Positions 18,571 through 28,512 of a DNA stretch of 64,000 nt are shown here, piece by piece. Below the pieces are notes generated by a model. The model did not search any database and was not told where the DNA came from. It saw only the letters and a program-made list of their open reading frames with translations. Position 1 is the first letter of the stretch; every line of letters begins with the position of its first letter. The position numbers and the translations under genes were made by a program. The stretch is taken from positions 248,001-312,000 of the IMG/VR virus record IMGVR_UViG_3300005529_000001, one strand, 5' to 3'.

Positions 18571-19125
18571 TCACTTAAACGAGCCGCGGATCGCGCCGAT
18601 GTCTTGCGTCACTCCCTCGAGAGATGACAGCCCATCCTGGACTTTGCGGAGGGCGTCCTGCAACGCTTTCTTCATCTCGGGGGTCCTTGCTGAGCGCAGG
18701 GCATTTGCAAAAGCATCGGGCAGCTTGAAAAGACCTGCGTCAACCACGTGAGCCCAGATGGTGACTGCGTTGACAGCGGGTTGAGTCTGGCCTTCGTTGA
18801 TCTTCCCCTCGCCCACCGCTCTGGGAAGGTTGGTCCGCATGCCCGTGGGTTCTTCTGGTTCTTCTGGGAGATCGTCGCTAATATCATCGCCAGCCATGTC
18901 AACGTGACCGCGGCGGTGGCGATAGAGAGCCTTGACTTTCTCGCCCGGATCGAAATCGGGAACCTGGCTGCGACGTAAGAAACGGCGTCCGCCCTTTTCG
19001 GGCTCGACCATCGGGTCATCTGGTAGCTGTCGCTTTCCCCAGTGACGAGCGTCGCCTTCTGAACCGGTGATCCCCAGCTTCGCTTCTCGGATCTCACGCT
19101 TGAGTTGCCCGATTGTCATCCGCAT
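18571..19125 (-). CDS. Hypothetical head-associated protein
   Basis: N-terminal MRMTIGQLKREIREA motif; INE candidate cleavage site; downstream of the capsid genes. Confidence 0.55.
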   Translation of the reverse strand: MRMTIGQLKREIREAKLGITGSEGDARHWGKRQLPDDPMVEPEKGGRRFLRRSQVPDFDPGEKVKALYRHRRGHVDMAGDDISDDLPEEPEEPTGMRTNLPRAVGEGKINEGQTQPAVNAVTIWAHVVDAGLFKLPDAFANALRSARTPEMKKALQDALRKVQDGLSSLEGVTQDIGAIRGSFK

Positions 19126-19155
19126 CTGATCACCCCCGATAAGGGTCGTTATCTG

Positions 19156-19617
19156 TCAGGGAGCCAGCGTCAACGTTCCGGACGCTGCGCAAACAAGCCA
19201 GCCCTTGCCGTTGGACCAGAGGCCAACGCTGCCGCCCTGGGCGACTGTCAGCTTGGTGCCGTTGACGGTCGTCATTGACGTGCTTGAGGGTGTCTGAGTG
19301 CCAGACATCATGGCCATCGAACCGGTCAGCAAGTAGGGGTAGATGCCCAGAGTGTCAACGACCATCAGATGGCTGCCTGGGAAAGATGCCGCTGCGGGCA
19401 ATGACCCAGTGAACTGTCCCTGGCCTGCTGAACCAGTGACGGGGACCTGGTAGTAGCCTGGCGAGCTAAGCGCCACCAAGCTGCCGCTTCCCGCAGCTGT
19501 CGCAACAGAAGCGACTTCATAAGCGCGAGTCGTCGGACCGACAACTGTCACCTGACCGGCGACGCTTAGGTTTCCGCTGCCATCGTCTACAAAACCGCGA
19601 GAGTCGATCGTTGCCAT
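19156..19617 (-). CDS. Putative capsid decoration protein
   Basis: Directly after the major capsid gene with its own TACTTA motif; N-terminus shared with 6528..7070. Confidence 0.5.
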   Translation of the reverse strand: MATIDSRGFVDDGSGNLSVAGQVTVVGPTTRAYEVASVATAAGSGSLVALSSPGYYQVPVTGSAGQGQFTGSLPAAASFPGSHLMVVDTLGIYPYLLTGSMAMMSGTQTPSSTSMTTVNGTKLTVAQGGSVGLWSNGKGWLVCAASGTLTLAP

Positions 19618-19680
19618 GTGTTATCCTTGTGATAAGTAGGTCAGCGATCTGCTTAAAACAGACAGCCCCAACAAATCCTT

Positions 19681-19711
19681 AAACGGCGAAGGCCCGCTAT
19701 TGCGGGCCCTC
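19681..19711 (-). terminator. Hairpin terminator after the major capsid gene
   Basis: GAGGGCCCGC-AATA-GCGGGCCTTC followed by GCCGTTT on the minus strand. Confidence 0.65.
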
Positions 19712-19736
19712 AAACCTTTATCTTGTTTCCCTCACA

Positions 19737-21659
19737 TCAGATGATGTTGAGGTCCATGACCGTGACGGTTCCGTAGAAGTCGCTACGAACGACCTTCTTG
19801 CCGTACCGGGTCATGACGCCCTTACGAGGTGTGAAATCCTCAGGGGCGAAGATCGTCGGAGTCACGATGAGGGGGACGTACGGTGAGTACACGTACCCAG
19901 TCTCGAGGTAGCTGCCGCCCTTGTACCCGACGAGGATGCGGTTCCTCGGGAAGTACGGGTCCTTGTAGACCGTGAAGCGGTTGCTCAGGGTGCCGATCGC
20001 CTCTGCACCGATGGTGAAGGGCGAACCGACCTGACCCTCGCCGTCGATCGAGAACTTCGGCTTGTAGAGGACCGAGGCCTCGAGGATGGTGGCGACATCC
20101 GGGCTGGTGACCATGAAGTTGGCCGAGCCGCGGAGCGTCTTGCGGTGGATGGTGTTGGCAACGTCGATGATGGTCTCGACCAGGGTCTCGTACCACTCAC
20201 GAACCGTACCAGTGAACTGCGGACCGATGCTGAGCGAGGTGTTCAGCGTGACCGGTTGGCCCGTCAGCTTGTTGACGAACTTGCCCGGAGCGCGGCTCCA
20301 GTACATGTTGGCGCCGTTGGCCTGGGTCACGAGGTCGTTCAGGATCTCGCGGTCAATCTCGAGAGCGATCTGCTCGCTCAGGATGCTGGTCAGCTCGACC
20401 TCTGCGTCCATCGAGTGGTACGCGTTGAGGTCCTGTGCCAGCTCAGGGCTCCACCGGGCGCGCAGCTTGCGCGTGGTGGCGGTGATTGCGATCGACTCGA
20501 TCTTGATGTCGATCTCTGGGATCGCCGGGGTCGGGTTGACGTTGAAGTCAGACTCGAACGATGGGATCGTCAGCGTTGCACCAGCGGTGCTGTCGACAGT
20601 CAGTGAGTCAGCGATTGCCATCGATGCAACGATCTGGCCGGAACCCGAGAGGACCAGCTGAGGACCAGCACCGTTGACAGCGACTGCGAAGACCAGCTGG
20701 ACCTGTGTGCCGTTGAGCGGAGCAGGCGTGAAGGTCGTGCCGTTGAAGTTACCGCGCTTGTTCAGGCGGCGCAGGTTGAGGACGCCGTTACCTGACTGGT
20801 AAGACTGGCCCCAAGCGAACGTGCCACCGAGACCGGCGCCCGTTGACTGGAAGTTGAAGACCGCGAGCTGCTCGATGGCGAGGAAGTCACCGTTCGGGAT
20901 CGCCGTCGTGATCGCCGAGACGTCAAGGTGACCGAACTGGATCCACTCGGAACCGTTCTGGAGATCAACCTCGAGCTGGGGATCGAAGTTCAGGAAGCGA
21001 GCGTTGGTGCCCGAGAAGTCCGTCGAGGACTTGACGAAGTTACCAACAACGAAGGCTCCGTTGGTGCCGTTGAAGGCTCCGAAGTTCAGCATCGAACCTG
21101 AGACAGAACCGGAGGCGTGCACCTTGGTGTAGCCCACGTTGACCAGGTCGTAGAAACCGCCCGTTGCGAGCGATCCCGACTGGATGCCCTTGCCGGTTGG
21201 GTTGTTGTAGATCGACTGGCCGGAACCGTAGGTCGCTGCGCTTGCACCGCCTGGCTGGTTCAGCTGCAGACCTGACTGGCCACCGACGTTGCTGCCGTAG
21301 GTGTAGTCAAGGTAGAAGATCAGGCCCGAGGGGAGCGACATCGGCTGGATCGAGACGAGCTCGTTGGCGACGAGGCCACCGAAGACACGACGGACGATCG
21401 GGAAGGCGATGTTGGTGAAGCCCTGGATCTGACCCGAGGAAGCAACGTTCGCGCCGCCCGTGGACAGCGAGTTGCCGACTTCCTTCAGGACCTGAGCTGC
21501 CTGGTTCTCCAGGAGCTGGGCCATCGTCTCGCGCTTGTGACCGTCAAGGCCGCGGAGCAAGCCAGTGCGGCTCCACTTCTCGACCAGGCGGGCACGCTCG
21601 GCGCCGACGTGCCGCTCGCGGATGCCAGCGGCTAGTTGTTCCATTGTAAAGAACTTCAT
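19737..21659 (-). CDS. gp23: Major capsid protein (T4 gp23 family)
   Basis: LVEKW..GLL, LLENQ, PIVRRVF..LVANELVSIQPMSLPSGLIFYL, TRKLRARWSPELAQDLNAYH, EIDREI, YSPYVPL, FTPRKGVMTRYG. Confidence 0.97.
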   Translation of the reverse strand: MKFFTMEQLAAGIRERHVGAERARLVEKWSRTGLLRGLDGHKRETMAQLLENQAAQVLKEVGNSLSTGGANVASSGQIQGFTNIAFPIVRRVFGGLVANELVSIQPMSLPSGLIFYLDYTYGSNVGGQSGLQLNQPGGASAATYGSGQSIYNNPTGKGIQSGSLATGGFYDLVNVGYTKVHASGSVSGSMLNFGAFNGTNGAFVVGNFVKSSTDFSGTNARFLNFDPQLEVDLQNGSEWIQFGHLDVSAITTAIPNGDFLAIEQLAVFNFQSTGAGLGGTFAWGQSYQSGNGVLNLRRLNKRGNFNGTTFTPAPLNGTQVQLVFAVAVNGAGPQLVLSGSGQIVASMAIADSLTVDSTAGATLTIPSFESDFNVNPTPAIPEIDIKIESIAITATTRKLRARWSPELAQDLNAYHSMDAEVELTSILSEQIALEIDREILNDLVTQANGANMYWSRAPGKFVNKLTGQPVTLNTSLSIGPQFTGTVREWYETLVETIIDVANTIHRKTLRGSANFMVTSPDVATILEASVLYKPKFSIDGEGQVGSPFTIGAEAIGTLSNRFTVYKDPYFPRNRILVGYKGGSYLETGYVYSPYVPLIVTPTIFAPEDFTPRKGVMTRYGKKVVRSDFYGTVTVMDLNII

Positions 21660-21677
21660 GAATTCTCTCCGTTTACG

Positions 21678-21683
21678 TAAGTA
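21678..21683 (-). promoter_or_regulatory. Putative late promoter TACTTA (representative of about 15 copies)
   Basis: Recurs 5-41 nt upstream of start codons, always on the coding strand. Confidence 0.65.
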
Positions 21684-21709
21684 GTTGGTTCAATCTGCGT
21701 TGTTTAGCA

Positions 21710-23830
21710 TCACCGCTTGGAGATGCCCGCGAGCTGTGCCCAGCGCTCCACGTCAGCACCCTCGTTGAGGGACTGCGTAGAAGCAGGACGCGTTGCCCGA
21801 GAAGCGGAGCCGAGGATCCTGCGATCCGCGCCTTCCTTCAGGGACTGTGTCGGTGCTGCCAGGGTCCTGACCAGGCTCTGGTAGACCAGCTTCGCTTCCC
21901 GCACCGTCTGAGCCTCATCCAGCTGCTTGATGACCTGCGCCTTTTGCTTGGCAGTCAGGCCCTCAGTCTGGAGGAGCTTGTTGGTGAAGAGCAGCTTCGC
22001 GTTGAGCAGATTCGTTTCTGCCAACTTCTTGCGGACATCATCGCCGGCCTTGTCCGCGGACCGTTCGGCAACGCTATTCGAGCGTGCCTCTTGCAGCTTC
22101 TTGGCGGCAACCGCCTTGATCTGCTCAAGCTTCTGGGTGCGGGCGAGCGACTCGTTGAAGCGCTTTGCCACCACCGCGTACTCCTTCTTGACCTCAGCCA
22201 AGCGCTTGCCGTTCTTGGCAGCGCGGGCCTTTGCCGCTTCCTTCTTCAGGGTTGCAGCACGAGCCTTGGCGCGCTCCTGGAGCGTCTTCTCAAAGCCCAG
22301 GCGCTTGACTGCCTCGCCGTGGCGAGCAGCCGGGTTGCTCTTGTCCTTTGACGGGACTGACGTTGCTGAAGCGCCAAAGTCATCACGGGTACGCTCGTCG
22401 CCGACCTGGTCGAGTGCAGCTTCCTGCATCGCCATGTCCTTCGTCTTCAGGCCAGCGGCAGTGCCCTGGTCCATCTGGTCCTGGGACTCGTCCATCTGGT
22501 CATCGTCGGCTTCGTCCATCTGGTCGTAACCTTGATCCATCTGGTCCTGAGCCTCTTCGAGGTCCTCATCAGCCTCACCGAGCGGGCGGGCTGCCTTGGC
22601 AGGAGAGAGGTCAGTGATCTCTTGGTCATGAGGGTCACCCTCACCCTTGCCGCCACCAAAGTCGTCAAGGATGTTCGCGCCGCCAGGGCCATCGCCCCAA
22701 GCAGCCGGCTTGGTCTCCTCACGAAGCGAGCGCATCCGAGCAATCTCGCGACGGAGCATCTTCTCATCGATCTCGACGATCGTGTCGTCGCTTAGCTCGC
22801 GGCTTTCCATCTGTGACTCCTGGTCTTGTCCACCCATGCCCATGCCGCCCTGACCTGCCTGATCGCCGTCAAAGTCGCCATCTGCATCCATCTCTAGGCC
22901 CTCGCCACCCTCTTCGTCTTCCTCACCCGTGATGAGGTCCACGCCGACGGCGTCGAGGTTATCCTCAACATCATCCGGCAAACCGGTCAGCTTCAGCGTA
23001 AGATCCGCTTCGTTCATCTGACCCTTGTTCGTCTTCTGTGACATTGTCGTTGACTCCTGGAGCTTGTTGAGTACCTTGAAGGTGTTCTCGAGCGTGATCT
23101 CGTATGAGCTCTTCAACGCAGGCTCGGCAACCGATTCCTGCACGTAGTCATACATATCCTCCACACGAGAAATCATCAGAGCGATGTGCTCTCCGTAGGA
23201 GGAAGTGGCCTTGACTGCTTCTCCTGCATCACGAAACAGCTTAGCTTGCTTCACTACCTCGCCCAACATGGCCTTAAAGCTCTTGGTTGGGATGGGCTTA
23301 GCGTTCTTCTTGGCAGCGCTCAGGATCGGCTTGAGAGAGTCAAGAGACTCCATGCTGATCTCATACTCAACCTCTTCGGGCCGGGGCTGCGGCTTGCCAA
23401 ACATCGGCGGGGGAACAGCGGGACCAGGAGCGTTTGTGGGCATCGCCTCGTGTGCTGCGGGGGTCCCGCTACACAGCGCGTCCAGGTCGATCGTAATCTT
23501 GCCCTCGGCATCGGGCGGGGTAATCCCACTAGCTGGCATGTCACCAACTGGACCAGCTGCGCTCATGCTTCCTGCAGGGGCTGAAACGGGCTCTACGTCA
23601 GTCAACAGCTCGCCTTCGGGCGCAGGTGCTCCAGGCTCAGCAGGGGCTGCGTCGTCTGAAGCCATGTTGCCTTCAGCTTCCTCGTCAACCTCTTGCAGGA
23701 TCGCCCTGTCAATGAAATCACGGATGCGTGGCGTCACAGCTTCGGTCAGCGCACGAAGAGCGTTCTCCTCAGCGACCTTCTTGATCTGCTTGACGTCCGC
23801 TAGCGCTTCTTCGAACAGCTGCTTGGGCAT
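21710..23830 (-). CDS. Prohead core scaffold protein (gp22 position), acidic coiled-coil
   Basis: LFEEALAD.K..K..AEENA..AL.EAVTPRI N-terminus; ETNLLNAKLLFTNKL; RWAQLAGI end; immediately upstream of the capsid gene. Confidence 0.8.
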   Translation of the reverse strand: MPKQLFEEALADVKQIKKVAEENALRALTEAVTPRIRDFIDRAILQEVDEEAEGNMASDDAAPAEPGAPAPEGELLTDVEPVSAPAGSMSAAGPVGDMPASGITPPDAEGKITIDLDALCSGTPAAHEAMPTNAPGPAVPPPMFGKPQPRPEEVEYEISMESLDSLKPILSAAKKNAKPIPTKSFKAMLGEVVKQAKLFRDAGEAVKATSSYGEHIALMISRVEDMYDYVQESVAEPALKSSYEITLENTFKVLNKLQESTTMSQKTNKGQMNEADLTLKLTGLPDDVEDNLDAVGVDLITGEEDEEGGEGLEMDADGDFDGDQAGQGGMGMGGQDQESQMESRELSDDTIVEIDEKMLRREIARMRSLREETKPAAWGDGPGGANILDDFGGGKGEGDPHDQEITDLSPAKAARPLGEADEDLEEAQDQMDQGYDQMDEADDDQMDESQDQMDQGTAAGLKTKDMAMQEAALDQVGDERTRDDFGASATSVPSKDKSNPAARHGEAVKRLGFEKTLQERAKARAATLKKEAAKARAAKNGKRLAEVKKEYAVVAKRFNESLARTQKLEQIKAVAAKKLQEARSNSVAERSADKAGDDVRKKLAETNLLNAKLLFTNKLLQTEGLTAKQKAQVIKQLDEAQTVREAKLVYQSLVRTLAAPTQSLKEGADRRILGSASRATRPASTQSLNEGADVERWAQLAGISKR

Positions 23831-23888
23831 GTCGTCTCCGGAAATCCTAAGTTAAGTATCCAGCCCCCACCTAAGGTGAGGAAGGGCC

Positions 23889-24431
23889 TCACTCAGGAGC
23901 GCCAGAATTGCCCTTGATCTGTGGCTGCCCGATGGTGCTGCTCTTGTAGATGGCAGGACCGTTCTTTGAAGGATCGGCCAAGCCCTGTTCAGACGGGTCT
24001 TCGGTCGTTGCTTCAACTTGAATCTGTGGGATCGTTCCCGTTGGATCACCCGTCTTGTCAGTTCCCTGGGTGTGACCCGGACCTGCGGTGGGAGAAGTGA
24101 CGTCAGGGATGTAACCGTTGGCTGGATCGCCTGGCTTTGCCCACTTGACCTTACTGACATCGGGAGCGCCACCATACGTCAAGTCAACGCCCGATGGGAA
24201 CATGCCCAAATCACCTGCCTGGATGCCACCCTTAGGTTGCAGGCCGCCACCATTAGGATCCGGTCCCGGATCGGAAGTAGCGATGCCCTGGATCAGAGCT
24301 TGCGCCTTCTTTTCGTCGCCGTTAGACAGCATCGAAGCAAAGGGGCTGTTGGGGTACAGGGTAGCGAGCAACGCATGCGTCGGGCTAGCACCTCCACCAA
24401 CATAAGTTGTGTACCTACCAAGCTGTCCCAT
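23889..24431 (-). CDS. Hypothetical Gly/Pro-rich virion protein
   Basis: GGGAG SD; in the head operon. Confidence 0.6.
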   Translation of the reverse strand: MGQLGRYTTYVGGGASPTHALLATLYPNSPFASMLSNGDEKKAQALIQGIATSDPGPDPNGGGLQPKGGIQAGDLGMFPSGVDLTYGGAPDVSKVKWAKPGDPANGYIPDVTSPTAGPGHTQGTDKTGDPTGTIPQIQVEATTEDPSEQGLADPSKNGPAIYKSSTIGQPQIKGNSGAPE

Positions 24432-24447
24432 AGCGCTCCCTCAGCCT

Positions 24448-24729
24448 TCAGATCTTCTCGGCAAGGTACCGAGCTGCGTTCTTCTTTGACTCCTGGACAC
24501 GAGCGAGACGAGCCTTCAGGCGCTTCTCCTCGACCTTCAGCGCTTTCATGTAGTCGATGTGCTTGTCCAGGTTGTCGTCTTTTCCGAACTCATCGGCATC
24601 GACTTCCTTGGTATCATCTGCACGCTTCTCGACATCCTCTACGTCGCCGAAACCCTTCTTGACTTCGGCCTCAATGAGGTTGCGAAGCATCTTGGGGGTC
24701 AGCTGAAGTGGCTTCTTGTCAGTCTTCAT
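24448..24729 (-). CDS. Small prohead-core-like protein
   Basis: LTPKMLRNLIEAEV motif, coiled coil, TATTTA upstream. Confidence 0.6.
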   Translation of the reverse strand: MKTDKKPLQLTPKMLRNLIEAEVKKGFGDVEDVEKRADDTKEVDADEFGKDDNLDKHIDYMKALKVEEKRLKARLARVQESKKNAARYLAEKI

Positions 24730-24781
24730 CGGTGCACCCTCTCCGTGGTATGCTACCGACTAAATATGCAGACTGCAGAGA

Positions 24782-25276
24782 TTACGCCGTTTTCTTCGTG
24801 GCCATGAATGCCAGGTCTGCCCACCTGGATGCGGTTTCTTCCCCAAACACCTGTTCAGGTGTACCGTTAATCTGTTCGACTTGTGGGATACCCCTCGCTT
24901 GGCCTGCCCCGCCAGCGAGCTCAACAGCCGTTTGTCCTAGGCTACGATCACTGACGAGTTTGGGCAAGGTTGTTACTGCGGTGTCGGCCAAGATCGATTC
25001 CATGATCGGGTTACCACCCGCGTTCGCTTTGATCCTGTCTTTTAGTTCTGCGGTCGCTTGGCGACCACCGGGCAAAGGAGTATCTAGTCGGGGATCAAAA
25101 CCAGGCTGTCGTCGCCCGCCATTGGTCCTGGTCCTGTTTTCCCGCACTGAGCCTTGGGCCTGTGCGTGAGGGACCAGCCTAGAAGCGCTTGCTTGCACGT
25201 TTCCAAGTCCTTCGCTAAGAACCTCGACGATCAGTTCTTTAACTAATGCTTTTAGCTCGCCCCGCGTCAACGGCAT
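24782..25276 (-). CDS. Hypothetical head-module protein
   Basis: LTRGELKALVKELIVEVLSEG motif. Confidence 0.6.
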   Translation of the reverse strand: MPLTRGELKALVKELIVEVLSEGLGNVQASASRLVPHAQAQGSVRENRTRTNGGRRQPGFDPRLDTPLPGGRQATAELKDRIKANAGGNPIMESILADTAVTTLPKLVSDRSLGQTAVELAGGAGQARGIPQVEQINGTPEQVFGEETASRWADLAFMATKKTA

Positions 25277-25279
25277 CTT

Positions 25280-25774
25280 TCACCTGTTCTTACGTAGGTC
25301 TCTCAGAGCTAGTTGCCGTTGTAACGGCCCAACCCTGTCCAACATCAAGATACCGTTAAGATGATCGATCTCGTGTTGTACAATCCGTGCAGCCCAATCG
25401 ACAAAAGCTTCTTTGTGAGGTTTGCCCTCAACATCAAGGTACTCCACAACGACCCAAGCATGCCTGGGAACAGCTAATTTGACCCCAGGTAACGACAAAC
25501 AACCTTCATCATCTGTCGTCTTGTCGTGTGATGTATCAATGATTATCGGGTTGATTATTGCACGAAGTTCGTTTCCTTGTGCACCTGCGGTCGGATCCAT
25601 CACCAAGATCTGGATTGTTGAGTTCACTTGGGGTGCCGCGAGTCCCACGCCATCACCAGCGTACATTGCCAGCGTCATCTCCTCAACGAGCTTCGCCAAC
25701 GTAGCATCAAAACGCTCAACGGGAGCGCAGCTCCACTTGAGATCTGAGCTGGGATACTCAACGATGTTTAGCAT
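25280..25774 (-). CDS. def: Peptide deformylase
   Basis: GVGLAAPQV, EGCLS and QHEIDHLNG motifs all present. Confidence 0.95.
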   Translation of the reverse strand: MLNIVEYPSSDLKWSCAPVERFDATLAKLVEEMTLAMYAGDGVGLAAPQVNSTIQILVMDPTAGAQGNELRAIINPIIIDTSHDKTTDDEGCLSLPGVKLAVPRHAWVVVEYLDVEGKPHKEAFVDWAARIVQHEIDHLNGILMLDRVGPLQRQLALRDLRKNR

Positions 25775-26535
25775 CAGCCTGGTCTCTTCTTCCGAGCAGC
25801 CAATCGTTCCTTAACATCAGGCTGCTGCATCGCTGCGCGAGTCCGCTCTTTGATCAGTTGCTTTCGCTCATCTGTCATGTTCGCACGAGCGGTTTGAGAC
25901 TGCTTCTGACGGTACGCTGGATTGGTGTGGGCTGCTTTGATGTTGGCTCGTCCTTCTACGGACTGCAATCCCGCTAGTTGCTTCTCATGGACTTCAGGAC
26001 GTTGCATTGCTTCCATGGTTCGTTCAGAGACCATCTTCCGACGTTCGTCAGATGACATCTGCTCGACAAATTTGGCGTAACGCTCGGACTCGTACATTGC
26101 TTCAGACGTTCGTTTGGAGATCGTCTCGCGTACTTCGGGGCGTGACATTGCTTCACGTTGACGCTGCTTCCATGATGGATCAGCGAGGACCATGCCCTCA
26201 CGGGTGCGCTGAGAGATGAGTTGACGGGTTGCTTCAGACTTAGGACCTGATCCGTTGCCACCCTTCGTCATGTTGTAGCCGTTTGGCTTCTGCGTGTTGA
26301 GTTCCTTGATGTAGTAACGTTCGAAAGACTTAGCCTCCTTGAGTGTTTCAATACCGTCAAGGATCACTTCATGTGTGAACGCGTCAGGACCGTGTTCACG
26401 AATTGCTTTCATGAAGTCTTGCTCACCACCCTTGAAAGCACACGAAACATGTCCATCCCAACGACGTGTCATCGTCTGTTTGGTATAGCCGATATAACGC
26501 ATGTTTTCACGGGTGTGACAGTAGATCAGGTACAT
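25774..26535 (-). CDS. Free-standing GIY-YIG homing endonuclease with helical repeat tail
   Basis: LIY...YIGYT...RW..H, E..YI......PNGYNMTKGG; C-terminal basic helical repeats. Confidence 0.85.
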   Translation of the reverse strand: MYLIYCHTRENMRYIGYTKQTMTRRWDGHVSCAFKGGEQDFMKAIREHGPDAFTHEVILDGIETLKEAKSFERYYIKELNTQKPNGYNMTKGGNGSGPKSEATRQLISQRTREGMVLADPSWKQRQREAMSRPEVRETISKRTSEAMYESERYAKFVEQMSSDERRKMVSERTMEAMQRPEVHEKQLAGLQSVEGRANIKAAHTNPAYRQKQSQTARANMTDERKQLIKERTRAAMQQPDVKERLAARKKRPG

Positions 26536-26572
26536 GTAATGATCTTACGTCATCTCAACACAAGTGTAACGA

Positions 26573-26989
26573 CTATCCTACGCCCGGCCAGTTGGTACCA
26601 TCGGGCGCCGAGCCCGTGATGTTGAAGAAGTTCTGGAGCGGGATCGTTGTCAAGCCTGCCGCAACAGAAAATGAGCACGGGCCCGAGGAGCTCTGCAAGA
26701 ACAGCTGGGTGATCCTCCACTCAAGAGTCAATGTCTGACCCGGCAAGATCGTGGTGTAGTTGGTTGAGTGTGCAAGCCCGTTGTACGTCACCCCAACCTG
26801 AAGGTTGGGACCCTGGGCAATGGTGCCCGTCGAGAGGTTGGTGACACTGACGAACCGGGTCACCATCCCAAACTTGAGCGTCATCGGGGTGGGCGTTGCG
26901 GGCGCGATGGATGATGTCATCCATGGCAAAGCCGAAGACTGGAACTCTGCGGCGTACCCTGCTCCGCCGTATGGATTACCGAGGGGCAT
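26573..26989 (-). CDS. Hypothetical virion protein
   Basis: 138 aa beta-rich ORF directly after the protease gene; AGGTGA SD. Confidence 0.55.
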   Translation of the reverse strand: MPLGNPYGGAGYAAEFQSSALPWMTSSIAPATPTPMTLKFGMVTRFVSVTNLSTGTIAQGPNLQVGVTYNGLAHSTNYTTILPGQTLTLEWRITQLFLQSSSGPCSFSVAAGLTTIPLQNFFNITGSAPDGTNWPGVG

Positions 26990-26992
26990 CTG

Positions 26993-27652
26993 TCACCTCA
27001 CCTTGCACGAAAGAATCTCATTGAGCACCCGGTCAATTCGATCACTACGCTTGAAGACTTCTCGCAGCTCTTCTTCGTCAATGACCTTGCCTTCTGGGAT
27101 CATGAAGGCACCGGGAGTTGAAGGCTCGGACACCATGTCCCAGCAGATCAGTTGGAAATCGTCTTGCACAACGTAGTACTCGCCCTGCTTCCGCGTAGAC
27201 CCAACACCGCGAGAGCTGATGCCCAGCTTGATGCCAGACTCCACCAGTCCCTTCAGGATGGCACCAGAAGGCGTCTTGTCAAGCACTTCAATGGTTCCCA
27301 CTACTGCACCATTGGCTTCCATGTACGCTTCCGTGACGACGTGTGACACGTTTTTCAGGTTCACCACGCTCGAGTCAGGATGGTCCAGCTCGCCGACAGC
27401 ACGGTGCTCGATGATAAACTTTTGGTAGTTTCTGACCTCACGATCAAGGACAGCTTTCGGATAGATGCGACCGTTCTGGTTCAACGTATCAGCTTTTTGC
27501 AGGATACCCTTCATCAAGATCTTGGGGGCTTGTGGGACCTCAACTGTCCTCCCATCAGCTTCTTTGATCAGCTTTGGGGGTTGTTCGACCCTCTCGATCT
27601 TGAAATCAAAGACATCATAGTTCTCTAGACGCCTTAGCTTAATGTCGCTCAT
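26993..27652 (-). CDS. gp21: Prohead core protein protease (T4 gp21 family)
   Basis: GILQKADTLNQNGRIYP, GELDHP, VSH, LGISSRGVGS, DMVSEPSTPGA. Confidence 0.95.
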   Translation of the reverse strand: MSDIKLRRLENYDVFDFKIERVEQPPKLIKEADGRTVEVPQAPKILMKGILQKADTLNQNGRIYPKAVLDREVRNYQKFIIEHRAVGELDHPDSSVVNLKNVSHVVTEAYMEANGAVVGTIEVLDKTPSGAILKGLVESGIKLGISSRGVGSTRKQGEYYVVQDDFQLICWDMVSEPSTPGAFMIPEGKVIDEEELREVFKRSDRIDRVLNEILSCKVR

Positions 27653-28512
27653 GTTTCCTCCGATGTCAGTTCTGAACTGAGCTTAGTGTACAACATGAAC
27701 CGAGTCACCGTTGCATCGTCTACGCTCTCAAGCGTCTCGCTCATGATGAGCTGTCGAGCTTCCATCAGCTTCTTGCTGACATATTCTGTGTCATTGCTCT
27801 GACGAGCATAGTTGTCGATCTTGACCAACAAGTTGTCACGGATCTCTTCAAGCTTCAAATGAATTGACTTTGGATCGTCATTGGCAGTTGAGAACGAATA
27901 AGCTCGCAGGAGTTGCTTCTGCTCAGAAGAGAGAACGCCAGCGTACTTCTCATTCAGCTTCTTCATCATCAGTTTCATCAACAGACGCCCTGAGCCTGGC
28001 GTTTCGGCTTCCGTCAACTCCGCATCGGTGGGCTGAACCTTTTCGGACACAAGCCACTTGACAACCGCGTCTTCGTACTGAGCTAGCCGGCTTAAGTCAG
28101 CGCCGGGCGTGCGCCAATCGTTGATCAATGTCTGGATAGTTGCGATTATCTTGTACTCGTTGACGTGCGCATCATAGAAGTTCTCGTCATTGAGACCCTT
28201 GTTGATGGCGCCGATCAACAAAGACTTTTCTTTGTCAAGCAGCTTGACATCATGTGCACGAGCTGCGGACTTTGCTTCTTGTAGGATCGATGCAGCAACT
28301 GCCTCGCTCTTGACGGTCGTTTTCACCAATGAATTGATCAGACGATACTCTTTAAAGAGCTCAGAACCGGGCTTGAAGTGCCTGCGGATCAACCTCAAAG
28401 CCGCGTTAGAACGCCTGGAGTCATTACGAACCACCGCTTGTGAGATGCTGAGAACCAGAAACTCATAGAGGAGACCCGTGTTGCGCTTTTTGTTGTGACC
28501 CCTGCCGCTCAT
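27649..28512 (-). CDS. Hypothetical protein between portal and protease
   Basis: HNKKRNTGLLYEFL N-terminus; ATGA-coupled on both sides. Confidence 0.7.
   Translation of the reverse strand: MSGRGHNKKRNTGLLYEFLVLSISQAVVRNDSRRSNAALRLIRRHFKPGSELFKEYRLINSLVKTTVKSEAVAASILQEAKSAARAHDVKLLDKEKSLLIGAINKGLNDENFYDAHVNEYKIIATIQTLINDWRTPGADLSRLAQYEDAVVKWLVSEKVQPTDAELTEAETPGSGRLLMKLMMKKLNEKYAGVLSSEQKQLLRAYSFSTANDDPKSIHLKLEEIRDNLLVKIDNYARQSNDTEYVSKKLMEARQLIMSETLESVDDATVTRFMLYTKLSSELTSEET

Noticed and set aside
22460-22560. Short direct repeats TCCATCTGGTC
   Set aside because: They encode the DQMD repeats inside the scaffold protein and are not a non-coding array.
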